Numbered from the stretch's first letter, positions 1 through 14,909 are shown. The stretch is 64,000 nucleotides of DNA from Tubiluchus corallicola (GCA_030141605.1 JAQGDQ010002375.1:124001-188000), one strand, 5' to 3'. Numbers and translations are program-made. The notes: generated from the letters alone by a model not told the origin.

Positions 1-518
1 AGGAGAAAGAAACACATTGAGAGAGACGGAAGGAAAGAGAGATTTACGTACTAAAATTATGTACTGCACATTAAATTAACATTAAATTACTTTGTTATTG
101 TTACAGAACTGACCTGATTTTTCATTTTAAACATTTTCTTTTGAGGATATGACCCTGACAGTTGATTAAATAGTTTAAAGTAAGTAAACTTTCTTTAGAA
201 TTCGGTGCGCATTCGGTAACCGTATGGAATAAAAAGCTGAGCGAGCAGCCACATCAAATATTTATCGAGGCTAAGCTGCATGAAGGAACGCGCAGCCATA
301 AAAACAAATTAATGTTTAGTGGACTGCCACATAAAATTTAGCCAAATTTAGTTTTTGTATAACATGGATTATGGACCTGGAATAGTATAGTGTATACGTA
401 GCATAGCGTCATAGTTGAATTGTAAATATTTTTGTGAAAGGTTATAACATTGCTTGTAATTTTGTTTTAAAATTTTTCAGTTCCAGGATGTAATTATTAT
501 AAATTTAAAAAAATGAGC

Positions 519-573
519 TGTGTGTGTGTGTGTGTGTGTGTGCGTGCGTGCGTGCGTGTGTGCGTGCGTGTGT
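519..573. repeat. (TG)n/(TGCG)n compound microsatellite
   Basis: Seen directly. Confidence 0.95.
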
Positions 574-2420
574 ACATACACATATATGTAACTGACATCG
601 TTATGCATATTAAATACTATACGTATATGTAACTACCTTAAATTTGTGTTTATGTATACTTACGTTATGCCATTTGGTTTACACATCGAAGTTTGGTGCC
701 CTATCTTTAGTTTAAATAACTGAATTTAACTTGTATCATTCTATTGTCACTAACGTGGTATATGTTTTTATAGCGTTATATATGTATGTATTTACATCTT
801 TGTAAACAGTGTATGTATTGTGTGAATTGTAATTGTAAATACTCAATGAAAGTGTTAAATATGTTAAATAACAATGATAACTTACAAGTACACTGTAAAT
901 TCAAATGTATGACTGGCTAAGTGACTACAGCTCCGCTAATTATTAGTTTTAATTTGTTATTAGCGTGTAGAAAGAGAAACTTTTTCGTAAAAGAATATTG
1001 GTACAAAAATGTTCAATTTCGTAAGCCCCTAGGGAATCCTAAACAGGCTCTCATAAACGACATCGTTTAATATCATTCATAAATTTCTATACCATTCAGT
1101 TAGGAAACAATGTTTTGTTTTGTGTCTAACCACTAATGGTATGTTGGGGAAATTTTACGTCATTTTTACCACAAAAAAGGTGCCGTTACACAGTGCCATG
1201 CTTTCAAAGTAGAGTTAACTCAAGCTATCCGCACCTTCGCAATAACATCTTAGCGGTATTCTAACTCCCGGTTCTACCATGGGCCATGGTTTTACTACTT
1301 TGCTGTATTTGCGCATGGAATTAAAAGAATGCTGGCCACTTTCAAACCGTTTTACTTGGATTTAGCCCCAGGGGTTGAATTTAGTTACTACTGTACACAT
1401 TACAGCCATACCAAAGTAGTGATAGACAGGATTTCTGCTAATAACAAATATTTCAGGTCACTAGAGAATTTAATAATACATAATTCATTTTAACGCGCGA
1501 CAAATTAGAAAAATACATGAAAACTTGAGAAAAAAAGTTTCCAAATTACAATTTTCATTATATTTTGCCATTAAAAATTAAGTAGGCCATTGTGTGGGAC
1601 TATGGTTAACTGTGAAGAATTAACTTCAGATACATAAACTTTCCGTAAAACAGAGTCAACATTAAGTTGCTAACTTTCCCTAAAACGGAGTTAACAATAA
1701 GTTTCTGACCCTACAATAATTTCAATATTATTGTATATTATATACGTTGAACCCTGCAATATATTAAGCAATAATAATCGTAAATATTACTAATGATTAA
1801 GCGCTAACTAAATGTGAACATTTAAGTTACACACCAGTAACTACCACTATCAATAATCTGATATCTACTAGTGACGCGCTTCATAGAAACGTTTTGTAGA
1901 ACATTCACGCACGAACGTATCAACAGTGGAGTTGAATTATGTTGACAAGCACAAGATCGTTAATATAAAAGGCTAATTTTATGACAAAACGTTACATTAA
2001 ACTACATCACACGAGGAGCCGAGCAGCATAGCAAGCAACAGACTTGACCTTCGCTGGAATTTTTCCTCCGCGCAAAAACTAGCAGTGCCTTGACCGTCCG
2101 GAACGAAGAATGCTGTTTAAGACTACATTCTTATGTTTCGTAACTCTTAAATATCATCTATTTATACATAACCAATCTTAACTATACGTAATAAAAGAAC
2201 TGCGTACACGTGTAATCGTGTTTTCGTGAGTTCTGAGATGTACATGCAAGCAACCCACAAAACCCCTGACATAGAGCCGCCCTGCGCGCGAATTCATACA
2301 GTGACACCTGTCAAACCAAATTAAGGCGTCACAAAACTGAAACGTTGATGATTTAGAAGTCATGGGCTCAGGGTAGCAAATAATTAGTATGTTTTAAAGG
2401 TAAAAGTCTTGCTCTGACTT

Positions 2421-2830
2421 ACAGTAGTGCCCAATTTATAGCACTTAGTGATGATACGTGTCTTGCTACAACTGTTCAAAACTTGCAAATGTTGCATTCG
2501 GAACGTCAAAAGAACTTGACAAAAAAACAGTAGTGCCAATTTATAGTACTTTGTGATACGTATCTTGCTACAACTGTTAAAAACTTGCAAATGTTGCATT
2601 CGGAACGTCAAAAAACTTCACAAAAAACAGTAGTGCCCAATTTATAATACTTTGTGATAAATGTTTTACTATAACTGTTCAAAACTTGCAAATGTTGCAT
2701 TCAGAACGTCAAAAAAACTTGACAAAAAACAGTAGTGCCAATTTATAGTACTTTGTGATACATGTCTTACTATAACTGTTCAAACTTGCAAATGCTGCAT
2801 TCAGAACGTCAAAAAAACTTGACAAAAGAA
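2421..2830. repeat. Tandem repeat, ~100-bp unit, ~4 copies
   Basis: CAGTAGTGCC(C)AATTTATA...AAAACTTGCAAATGTTGCATTC(G/A)GAACGTCAAAA recurs near 2422, 2528, 2628 and 2730. Confidence 0.92.
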
Positions 2831-2855
2831 CAAAAGTTATCGCCAGTGCAAATCT

Positions 2856-2927
2856 GAGGTTTGAGGTTAGGGTTGGTTCAGGGTTAAGGTTAGGCTTGGG
2901 CCAGGGTTGGGATTAGGATTAGGGTTA
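2856..2927 (+). repeat. Degenerate interstitial telomere-like (TTAGGG)n tract
   Basis: About 12 hexamer variants, e.g. TGAGGT TAGGGT CAGGGT TAGGAT TAGGGTTAG. Confidence 0.75.
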
Positions 2928-3754
2928 GTACATTTAAATTGTGCGGGAAATTGTAAACTCCTTCCAAACCTTCACTAAAGAAGGCATTCTTAAAAGCATG
3001 TACAGATTAGTACACTCTGTTAACTTGTGATATGTAGTTTAATTATCCACCGACGTTATATGTACTGTCAAAAATGACTGTCAAATATACAATTTTTCTA
3101 TACATAAAATCCATTTCCTTTCGAATGCTAAGGCAATTAACACACAACTAAAATATTATTACCATCTATTAGTTAAAAACGTTTTCAATAAAGTAAATTT
3201 ATAATGTATGTTCTAGAAATTTGCAGAGCAAGTGTGCGTGCTGGTGATAGTTTTAACTACTTCCATTAAGTACGAGCACTGTGCTGGTACTGTCGCCATA
3301 TTTTATGACCAAGTCAATTATAGGCCATAAATTTAATATTAACGCTTCACACAGAAATCCACTTTTGACCTAGTTAAGCGTGTCTTGTGGTTCCTATGCA
3401 TGCACCGCAGGAACCAGTAGTTTTACTGCATCATGGTTCGACACCTATACTGCTTAAATTGCTTAATTTGCATTTGTCATCTGAGCCAGCAGTTATTTTC
3501 ACATTGTTAGCTTGTTTTTTTATTGAGTGTCAACTACCATTCACCATTGTAAGTGCTTGGCCACGAAAGTTAAGCAGTGTTAAGCCTACTTACTAAATGG
3601 CAGGGTGACAATCGGTAAGACTATGCAATTAAGCATTACTAGAATGCCTTACTTGCAGTGGGCCAAACTGAATATTTACCTGATGACGGGACAGTTATAA
3701 AATTAGTTACAAATCCTCAAAACACAAAAATACATCACAGAAGATTCATGATCT

Positions 3755-3763
3755 ATAATAATA

Positions 3764-3846
<83 letters not shown>

Positions 3847-3880
3847 AATAATAATAATAATAATACTAATAACAATAATC
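3755..3880. repeat. (AAT)n(GAT)n(AAT)n microsatellite
   Basis: Seen directly; source of the poly-D/N ORF 3658-3990. Confidence 0.97.
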
Positions 3881-4112
3881 TTTATTTAATATTGGCTTTC
3901 AGTTCAAAAGACAACACGAGCCTTGCCAAGAGGCTTTTATTATCAACTGTAAATAAGAAGCTTCACCCAGATAACAGAGCTTATTATTAGCCAGTTTTAC
4001 GCCAGGCAGGGCAACAGCAGGTATTTTTAAAGTCCATGAACTGACAAGGCCGCGGTATGGAACTCACGACCTCCCAAACAGACGCGCTATCGATCACACT
4101 ACACGACTGGAC
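3880..4112 (-). mobile_element. Degenerate tRNA-derived SINE
   Basis: Shares CCAGGCAG(G/A)GCAACAGCAGGTA...AACTCACGACCTCCCA with 18290-18552; B-box-like GGGAGGTCGTGAGTTC on minus strand. Confidence 0.7.
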
Positions 4113-5249
4113 GCCTAAGCATTTTGATTTATTTTGCCTCCAATTTTCAAACTAATACAAGAATTTTTTGACAAGATGTGAATGAAACAACTAAGGCCTA
4201 GTAGTCTATGCTGCAAACGTACCTATCTAGAAACCTATACATTTATTTTACTTGTTCGTTACAGAGTTATAGACAAACACACAAATTTCTTCGATAAGAC
4301 CTGAATGCAAGTGACGTCTCAAAATAAAGTGGTAGCCTATTAATGTTAATTTCTGTATAGGACGAATTTTTTTTCTTAAACTGCAATTTTTTATTTTATT
4401 TTTTTTTATTCTTTAATTCAGCTCCTAGACAGTCTTACAAAAATACAATTTAGAAAAACTGAAAAGACAAAGTAGTTAAGATATTTACGTAAGTGACATA
4501 CATTAAAAGAACATTAAAATGTTATTCCAGTGGGCAAAAAATTTGGAACACAAAAACATCACTATGTTTTAAGAAACCATTAGAATAGTTTAAAATACGG
4601 CAACTAAGTTATACGAACAACATGTGTACAACATAATGCAAGTAAGAATCGCAAGCTTTCCTGTAGGCACTAATTTTTCAAGTACAGTAGTGACTACTAC
4701 TTGTAATTAACTATTTATTTATATGAAAGCGTATTTATGATTTTTCACTTACATTACATATAACGTCTTGACGGTATCACTACATTTCTTCACACAATCT
4801 GGCATGCGTGACCTTCGCAAAGACCCTACCACGAAGTATAGATTTCTATCTTGAAAGCATGAAAAGTACATGCAAAAAAATCGATAATTCTCTGCAGGTG
4901 TTTGCTCTACAGATGTGTTTTTTTCTGTAAACTCAATGGAAAACCCATCACTGCTATGCAAATAAGCTTAAACAGATTACAGGAAGTAACAATGCTCCGA
5001 ATTGGGCACTGCACGATCTGAGACTATCGAACAGTCGAAATCTGCACAAAGTAATATACAATATTCGCTTCTCTAGCCATAATTTAACAATACACTCACA
5101 CATCATATGCTTAATCTAGCAACGTAATAAAGGTTACGCTTTCATAACATTAATGATTTATAATCTTATTTAATGATGGTACAAACCCACTGTTAATTTA
5201 ACTTTGAAACCAAACGTTGAAGAACGGGAAATGTAAAAAAGTTAGAACA

Positions 5250-5325
5250 TAGCCTGAATTTGAACCAGGGAGCTTTTGCTTACAAGACAGACGCCGCAGC
5301 CACGAGACTGCCACGTTCCCCAGTG
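5250..5325 (-). mobile_element. tRNA-like SINE head remnant
   Basis: Minus strand CGTGGCAGTCTCGTGGCTGCGGCG...CCTGGTTCAAATTCAGGC gives A-box/B-box-like motifs. Confidence 0.45.
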
Positions 5326-8300
5326 ATCTCGACAGTCTAAAGTTTATCCCTAATAGTTGGCCAACCACTTTCTTTAAATATAAATCAAGAATTCATCATC
5401 GTCATCATCATCATCATCATCAACATCATCAGTTTTATCATTTCAACGCTACATTGCACACTTTAAAGACATTCTAGCTAGTCAGATTAGCTTTAATTGT
5501 GACTCATTTTCCGCCTGAACCGCCCCGTACTTAATTATGAATTTGTACCATCACTTGTCCATCCTTTACCACATGCATCGCAGCTTCCAAAAATCAAAAT
5601 AATCCTTCGTTCTAGGACTCTCTTTGCTCTTCAAACTTCAAGACAGGTTAAATTAAAAAATACTTGTTCAGCATGACGTAAATGCTTTGAAAAACTGGTT
5701 TTGCTCAGCGAAGATGAATTAACTTATGCGTGAATTCCGTAAACAGAGTGGTCAGGAAGAATACTTGTGTTACTAGTGTATGAATGAACAAACAGACGGC
5801 GAGCGCGCAATAATATTTAACTTTTAAAACTTGAACTTTTCTATAGACGTGTAAAATGTGAAGGAGAGGTTAAAGGAAGGCAAAATTAATCCGAGGTTAA
5901 TAAAAAATACCATAATCAATATTTTGTTTACAATGCTTTTTTAAGATTTTGACAAAAGTGAGATTTTTTAGGTAGACATGTATATACATTTTAACCGATA
6001 TCCTTTCTGTTTTAAAGTCTTTGTTAAGGATTCCATGTCTGTTAAATCCTCAATGGAAAGTTCATGTTGAACACAGTACCATGGTAATAGCAGAAATATG
6101 AACAAGCACACCCCAAGCATGATGGATTTCATACACGTCATGGTTCGAAATTTGAAGATAATTGTTTAAACCAGTAAATCACCTTGGCAGTTGGCACTCG
6201 TTGAAGTTTGCTCATTTCTTGTTCTACACAGCCATAAATTAGCAAGAACGACTAAACTTAAACATGTTCAGAAAAGCACGCAATTGCTTTTCGGCTCGTA
6301 CAAGAAATTTTTCATCTCCACAGATAATTGCGTTCAAAGGGCTATGAAATATGACATGTCACTCGCAAATCAGGCAAACTGCTGACCGAGTTTCAGCACC
6401 CACTAAGCACTGGCGGCTTACTAGTCATCAAAGCACTCGCGGGACAAAGCTATACAGGCAAAGATTAGGTCACAGGCGAAACTGAAAGCATCTTCCACAA
6501 CCTATGCATCACTTAAACTTGTATATATTCTCTACGCATAAATGAACGCATATAATATATGAACTTTTTAGCAACATTCGCAGGTGTATCTGCGTCCTCC
6601 CTCAACGACTTAAAAAGCCAGAGGCAACAAGGCAGACGAAACAACCAAGAAGCTGTTTTGTGGAGGTCATTTATCTGCTGTTTCGTGGAGGGCATCCATC
6701 TATTTACTATTAACAATTAATCCGTTTTTTAACTTCAGTTAAGTTAAAGATGCACATCATGCTACTGCTCTAGTCCAACATCAGAACAAACTGTCAATAA
6801 CTTCCACGTAGTTTTGTAATCGTTATGATTTTTGGGCTTGAACATTCTAGCCAAGGTTGCCGACGCCACTACCGCCACTGCTGCTGTTGCCACCGCCGCC
6901 GCCATTGCCGTTGTCGTTGTTGCTGCTGCTGTTATTTTTCTTGTCACTGTTGTCTTTCCTGCTGTTGCTAACAGTTGTTTCTGCTACTAGTTGTTGTTGT
7001 TGTTGTTGATATTACTACTGCAGCGGCTCCCGTTACTTATTATTTTGGTGTGGTAGCAGTGGTGCAGGCGCTAGTGGCAGTGGTAATGGTAACTGTGGCT
7101 GTGATTGTTGTTATTGCTATTGTAATAGAAGTAGTCGTTGTAGTTATGCAACTAACAATAGTAGTAGTCAAAGTCGTCCCTGGGGTCGTTGCTGTTGCCG
7201 GTGCCAATTATGCGTTCCTGGAATTTCCACTTGTGATCTTGGAGTTTAACTAATGTGACATAAGATATCCCAACATAAGCTGAACACGTTCTATTTTACA
7301 AGATAAATATTTATAAACAGTATTTAGTTTGCAGCAACGGTCAACAAAAACATGTGATTCACAAGATATCCGTTATGAAAATGAAGTCCATCATTACACC
7401 ACTGTCCTTCAAACCCACCCAAGAAGTGTACAGCTACTTGTTTGCTAGTTACTGTGAAAGTATAATTTATAAAATCCTGACTTAGGAGATTTTATTAACT
7501 GCTATCTCCTAATTAACCGCTAAACTTACTTTTGCACTTTTATGCTACTTATTTTAAAAATTGTCTCACAAGCCAAAACTGTAATAGTTAAGCTTACTGA
7601 ATGTACAGGGAGTTATGACACCTGAACCCACTGGTTTCATATATTCTATTTATATTTATAACCTCCAATAGTTTTTCATAATGAATCACATTAATTTTAG
7701 TTTCCATTTGTTTTTAACTTTTTGCAACTTATGCGTCATCCGCATTCTCTCTGAATTTTAGTTTTATTACTTCACTTAGTTGTATTTGTTTGTTTTTTAT
7801 TACTTTTCTTCATCCACGTCTCAATGTTCCTTTAATTAGTTTTGTATTTTAACATTAGTATTTGTTTTTAATTTATGATTACATTTTTGTCCGTTGACTG
7901 TTGTCTACATTTACTGTACGGTTTAATTATGATTGAAAGACTGACTGAATGGCTGACTGACTGATACATTATTTTTTATTATAATTATTATCATCGCTAT
8001 AGCCATCGTTATCATTGGCATCACGTTTAACGAATTTTTCATTTGCTTGTGTACATTATAGCCACTGTATAGTGTACATTTATCCTAAGTAATAACACCC
8101 GTGAAATAAGTTTTTAGCATCATTTAATTTATATAGCTATAAACGTAACTTAATTACTGTTCTAAATTGTTATGAAATGTAGGATATGTAGCCAAACTCA
8201 CTCAAAACATTTAAAAAGTATTACGTCAGTCAAAGTTATGTTTGACTATACTGTACAATAGCTTTAAAGCCTCTGGGTTACATAAAATATTATATGATGT

Positions 8301-11300
8301 TATACAAGACGCATCCATAATGCAGTCGTCTAAGTATACATAATTATTTTCTAATGTTTGACCCAGTATATTTCTGCATGTCTATGTACATACACTGAAT
8401 AGATGATTGTGTTTTGTAACTCGGTATTCAGTAATGAATCATGTTCGGCAGCAGCTGTGTTAAAAGAATTTGGTATACTCCTGGGATACTAGAATTACAG
8501 TGTCGCGAGCAACGTGGGTGTGTGTGGGTGCAATATCCTTCCCTCAAGGCCCAGGAGCAGAAAAGGTTAAAATTACACAACCTACAATTATTAAACTTAA
8601 ATGGCTTCATTTAAATTTAACAGTTAAACAATCGGTGTTGTTTTTAAGAATTTGATAATGTCACAACATCACAGATATACAAGTAATCAAGTAAAGAATC
8701 ATTTGAAGGTACTGTAGATGAAAAAAATACTAGTAAAAATTACTAAATTTGTATACGCAGAAGAGTCAAAGGTGCCTTTAAGAGGCTTTGTTTAAGCCGC
8801 ATCAAAAGAAATTTATTAAAATTGGCAATTGATCAACGCATTATGCCTAACCAAACCGGCAAGAAAAAGGCGTACGTTAAACACCTGTAAAACACATGCC
8901 AGCAAAAAAGTAAAATTACAAGACAGCTGCTACTATAGTACACAAAATTTGATTCAACAAAAATGATACAAACTGAAAAAGTTTTTCATATCTCTAGACC
9001 CGGCTAAAGTTTCCATGCAGAACTATTTAACAATTCACCCCATTATTAGCATTGACTCCGCAAGGCTTTTTTAAAGAGTTGCAAAACTGAATTGAGAACT
9101 GCCATGTTTACTAAGGGATTAAAGCTTAACATGACCTAACACAATGATTTGTACACGTGAGTCAGCAATTCAATTGCACAATCACTTCAGCTTTCTGCTG
9201 CACTGTACAATAATATTGAACAGAATTCTATAATACACTAACTCAAGAAAAGGAATAATTATATCGGTATTTAGTCTTATAGTACAGGTAATGGCGTCAC
9301 TGAGTTTTTCAGCCTTGTTTTGTTTAACTTTAACTTGCCTAGAAAATTAATCTACCGTTAACATAAAGCAACGATAAAAATTAAATTCTCACAGGGAGCG
9401 AATAATTGGCACATTTTGTGGACGAAGCTTTGCTTTAATTAAACTGTGACGACGAAAACGATAATATGTATACTACTGCAGCTCTCAACTTGGGACACAA
9501 TGATGATTCTTAAACAAAAAGTTTAAAGTACAGCCTGTCTTCTCTCTTCTGACCATGAAGGTTAAAGAAAACTAAAAAAAATTATTCCGGTCCAAGCATA
9601 TCATCGCTTCAGAGTCGCAAACCGCTTTGTAAACTGTCCTCCACAGTATCAATGCGACATAAGGTGCGTGCCACTATTGATCAATAATAGATAATGCGCG
9701 GCCATTCCACGAAGTATTCATTAAATTATAAATCAAGGCACTTAACACTCTATTAGCAACATCCTGTTATCGACATGAAACTTATTCTGTCGGCGAAGAT
9801 CGTTATGCAGGCAAAGCAAATCATTATTGCAAATTCTAATAAATGACGACATTCTATGGGATTACGAATATAACAAACAAGCACTTTTGACTTAACCGAA
9901 AAACAAAACCCGCCTCACAACCTCAAACCTGAGCTTGCGCGTATTCGAAGAAAATCCGGTAATTTAAAAACAATTTGCAGGATTGGCAGTCGTTTTTGCG
10001 TACAACACAAAAATCTATCATTCAAATTCACGGAGCGCATAAGACAAACTACAAAATATTGTAACGTTTGCCAAAATGTAGTGCGCTTGTGAGTTTACTG
10101 ACCATAAGAGTAAAGAATACTGTACATTATCCATTCAGTTAAAGTCTGTGAATAGGTTCAAAGATCCATTAGAAAACTTTATGCTTTCCTTTAAAAAAAT
10201 TATAAGTAGACGGAGAACTTAGTTTACAAAAGTGGCAGGTGATTATTATTATGACGTCATTGTCATGTACCAGTTCTTAGATTCTAAATTAAAGTTGCAG
10301 TTTTATAGATCAAAATTTATTTTTAATATTAAGCTGATTTTAACTAGTTTGAGAAATTATGTGCTTTCACTGTTTTACCATGTTCTTCGTGCAGTGTTTT
10401 AACTTGACTGTCACAATTTCCCTACGTATCTAAAAAGTTAGTTTTAGACGACTTATCATATCTGCATATCATGACACCTTACCAATACGTTAATATACCA
10501 GTTAGCTACATCATCGCTATTCGTAATCGTAAGTTGTTAAAATAACAGCCTGTATCTAGATTATTTTGTTGGAAGCTCAAGAACCTCACCAAGTCACCAA
10601 GTCTTTGGACTTTCCCAATGCTCAGTACAAGGACAATGTCAGTCACCAAGTGTCAGATAAATTAGAGATGAGGAGTACGCTACGCAAACTTCAACCGTAC
10701 AAAGCCAACACTGACCCATAATACCTGCGCCTTTCCGTGAAAATGAGTCCACTTCCATTTTCAAGGTCCAGTCTAACGGCCAATTATTGACCAAGTAAAT
10801 ACGAACCCCCTGAGAGGGTTAATTATAAGCAACAATAGAGAGTGCAGACTTACAGACTCCAGAAAACGCAAAGTGCACAAAGTCCAATTACAAGAGCACT
10901 TATACATGTGCTCTTAGAGGTCGCTGCACTGAGAAGAAATGACGTACATTTGTCTGCTGAAGTGAAAATTAAAACGACAAAGGTAAGTGATCAAGTTAGC
11001 CGGGGAAAATCTACATAAACGAGACATTAAACAGCACCTCACCCGTCCAGCTAAATCACAATTCTAAGCAGTAGTATTCTAGTTTTACAAGACTTAATTT
11101 CACTTAAGCATTCAAATACAGGACCACCAAGAGAATTTTTGAGCCTCGCCCCCAAGGCAAAGGGAAACTTGCCCCCCCCCTCCAATTCTCCAAATAATGA
11201 TACTCAAATTAAGTCCACCACGGTGTGTAATAAACAAGGAATCCGTATAACAAAAATGAATTGTGGTTTAGAAAACAGCTTAAATTCAGTAGCTGGCAAG

Positions 11301-14300
11301 GTAAAAATCCAGGTAAAAATGGCACAGAAAAAATGACACACTTACTAAAATATGACTTTAGGGTTAGGATTACCGTGGGAGATAATTATTTTTGTTATGC
11401 TTTGACGCAGTTTGTTTGTTTAATGTTTGTTTGGTTGTTTTTGTCTATTATGGCAGTAAGCCTGTTATGCAACAACTACTTAATAGAGTTCCATGAAAGT
11501 TTCGAGAAGGGTGTATTGGGTACAAAAATGGGAATCCTTTTGCAAAACTTGACTGAACACCACATACAAAAAACACTTCGTGAATGCCCGAGAGAGATGT
11601 TTAGTACTTCTTTTTTGTTATCTACACCAAGGGCAAACAATATAGTACGAATTATTTCCAGTTCCATTTCGAGAAATTTTCGCCTGTGTAATGCCGTCTA
11701 TAACCTTGGCTTATTAATGTACATAGCCTTACAAAGTGACTTGGTATGTAAATACACACGTATATATTTGTCATTATATAATTATAAATGTATATAATAA
11801 ACAAATATTTTGTGAGACTTTTGCTAGTCTATGATAATACTAACACAGGCACATTATTGTATGTTTGCTTGTTTATCTTTGTGTTAAACTTTTTTTTAAT
11901 CAAAAGATTCGGCTTTGGCAGAGATCTACTGCCTACTGAGTGCATTCTAGTTTTATTACGAAAATTTTTCCATTTGTGCCATTTTTTCCTACATTCGTAC
12001 AGATAGTACATCAACTTACCATCTGTACAAGCTGTACATACAACTGCACAATTAAAACAACATGCTGTACAAGTGTTGCCTAAACGACACACCACAAAGA
12101 ATGCAGACAACTGAACTGGCTTGACCAGTCCTACTATGTAGGTTTGTACACAGCTGCTACACCATTAAGTAAATCAAGGTCAGTGACAGAGCTTAAGGTA
12201 GATTTTTGCTGTTAATTTTCTGGTTACGAATACAATTAAATAAAACCATGAAAGTAACTGACAATCCGTTTGAACTTTAAATGGTAAACACTCGACACTT
12301 TTTTTCTTTTGTTAATTTCCAGGACCATTGTACTAATGAGGATTGGGAAAACTATACTTACTTTGTGCCAAAGCGATCAGAATGAAAAAACAGGAAAACT
12401 TGTAGACGTGGATCAACCTCATCTTGTTTAGAAAACACTGATAGTTAAACTGTTTAATTTGCACATTTCCATTAAATGGCATATAATAGCGCCCTATGTT
12501 ACTCCAGAACTACACTTGTTAACTGGCTGTAAACTATATAACAACACAAACGTACGTAATACTCAAATAAATCGATAAACAATCTTGCGAAATTTGACAA
12601 TGACTGAATAATATAACTTAGGCAGGCCTTCGACTTCAGTTTTCAGGCCGCCTGTGAAATAATCACCCAAATAACCTGCGAGTTCTCACCACAACAACGA
12701 AACAATTTTTCATGAGTAAAATACCACACGATGGAACAATCTAGTCCAGTTTAGCTCACAAATTTGTCGTGGATGCCAATTATTACTAAACGTATTACAT
12801 GATGTAGTCTCATCCAAAGCTGACTACTGCCAGAAGTTGCCAATATTATATGTGCACTAAAAACTTTCTGCAATGATTTCACACTGAATAAATCACTACT
12901 AGCAACTCTGCGTCTAGATTCCTTAATTTGCACTGCACAGCGAGCATTTACCTTTACGTATCGTAAGCCGCGCAACAGGTAGTTCTCAGTTGAGCCAGTT
13001 CACAGCCTTGTTCGCTTACACTGAGCTGACAAAACTCAATCAACAGAAATTATGAAATGACAGAGTGGCGCCTGTATCTTCGCCTTTCTCGCGTCAAATA
13101 ATTGCCTTCTTGGTAGATTTAATCTTCATCTTGTATTAACTCGGTTTTCGCGACGACAGCATGTTGCCACCGAACTGTGACAGACTAAGAAGATATGCTA
13201 GCTCAACGGAGAGAGAAACATAAAAGCTGTCTAGGTTAGAAACAACTGTTTACACAACACCCACGCCTGCAGCCTACTGACACTGTGGCGCCACACAGTA
13301 GTCACAAGAAACACCAAAACAATTGGTTATACAAAGTTTAATAATGTTTGTTTGCATCACTATTTTTTAAATTAAGAGACATTTTAAATCTCTTGCAAAG
13401 CGCTCTTTAAATTTCTTGCAAAGCGCTCTATGCGATAACAACAGCATTTGCAAGTTTTAAATTAATGTACACCCTTGAACTGTAATGTAATTTTTCAAGC
13501 AAATGTACCTACTGTATATCATGGAGTTGGTGCTTAAAATTAATTATTGTGGAGTTGAGAAGAATGGAAAAATATTTTTTATTTGGATATGTAAAAACAT
13601 AATGTTATTTCCATTACAGACCAAGTGTGATTAGTAATTAAATAAATATTTCCATTATAATTCAAGGGTGTAAATTAATTTAAAACTTGCAAGTGCTGTT
13701 CCACTCTGCACTACTCCACAATAATAAATTTTAAGTACCAACTCCATGATAAACCTTATGATCAGACAGTCACCTTACCATTTACTAATCAGCTATAGTA
13801 CTGTTTAACTTCACTGCCAAGCACACATCATAAACAATCAAGTTCGGTTTTTGCCACTAAAATAATTTTCAAGCAGATGTATCTACTGTAGGTGCCTATG
13901 ACGTATAAGTACAAAAAGGTATTCTTCAATAATGCCAAGCGAAATTCATTGGCCCATTGTCAGGATTCTTTGATTTCAACATTACCTTTGTATGTTTGCT
14001 TCAGTTAGTAATTTAAACGCAAGTAGTCTAGGCCAGTTGGCCTAAACCTGGCCATTTTAAATGCGATTGTGCAATGCTGAAACTGAGTAGTCAGCGTGTT
14101 ACTGAGGGTGTAATAACCACGGTTATGCCATTATTATTTAATAAAGAAATTTTGACAGCTCCTTTGCAGTAGATTTGTTGTTGTGTGTAATACAAACAAG
14201 AATGAAAGATTAAGAACGTAGTAAGTGCATATATCATTAGATTTTCCTTTTGAGTACAAAACTGTACATTCAGATCACAGATGTTTATATGCTATGTTCA

Positions 14301-14909
14301 TAACGTCCTTTCATATGACAGCATCCAGGAAAAGAGCAAGCTGCGAAAATTACAGAAAAGCAAAACATTTTGACTTCAAGTTTTTTGTTTATTTTTGTTA
14401 AGTAAAATACCTCATCATCGCATAATTTAGATAATCAACATTGAAATAAAATTATATAAATTACTTCTTTTTACAAAAAAGAAAATGGTTCAATTTTACA
14501 TGAGAGTCTTACAAGTGTTAACAAGCAGATAGACATTTGCAAAAGTGAAAAACGTAAAACAGCGAATAATTTACAGCCTAATTTCTATCTTCGCTTCATT
14601 ACAACTGCCTGATTAGTGATTACTGCTCACAACAATACATAAACAATAAAATTTTAATGAAGCTGGATAAGACAATAATTATAACACTTGACAAAAACAA
14701 GACTCCTTGGCACACTGGTTGCTAACACTGACAAAGTTTTTTCATCAAGAAATTTTCAAACTCCAACAGTTTCCTCGTGTAAATCAGATTATTATTCAAA
14801 AGGCTAAATTTTGTTTTAACAAACACAAGAGAAAAAGTGTAAGGGCAGGATAGAAATTTGGATTTGACAAAGGACCTTTTCACTACAAAAGCCAAAGTCA
14901 AACATTTTA

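Noticed and set aside
3658-3990. Poly-Asp/Asn ORF
   Set aside because: Microsatellite plus SINE tail.
6762-7253. Ala/Val-rich hydrophobic ORFs
   Set aside because: Degenerate trinucleotide low-complexity DNA with no splice or homology support.
10380-11000. Possible decayed LINE, or a plus-strand exon ending at donor 10983
   Set aside because: Only faint motif resemblance and no consistent partner exons.
11261-12110. 178-aa and neighbouring ORFs
   Set aside because: Non-ATG starts for most, no recognisable domain, and overlap with repeat-like sequence.
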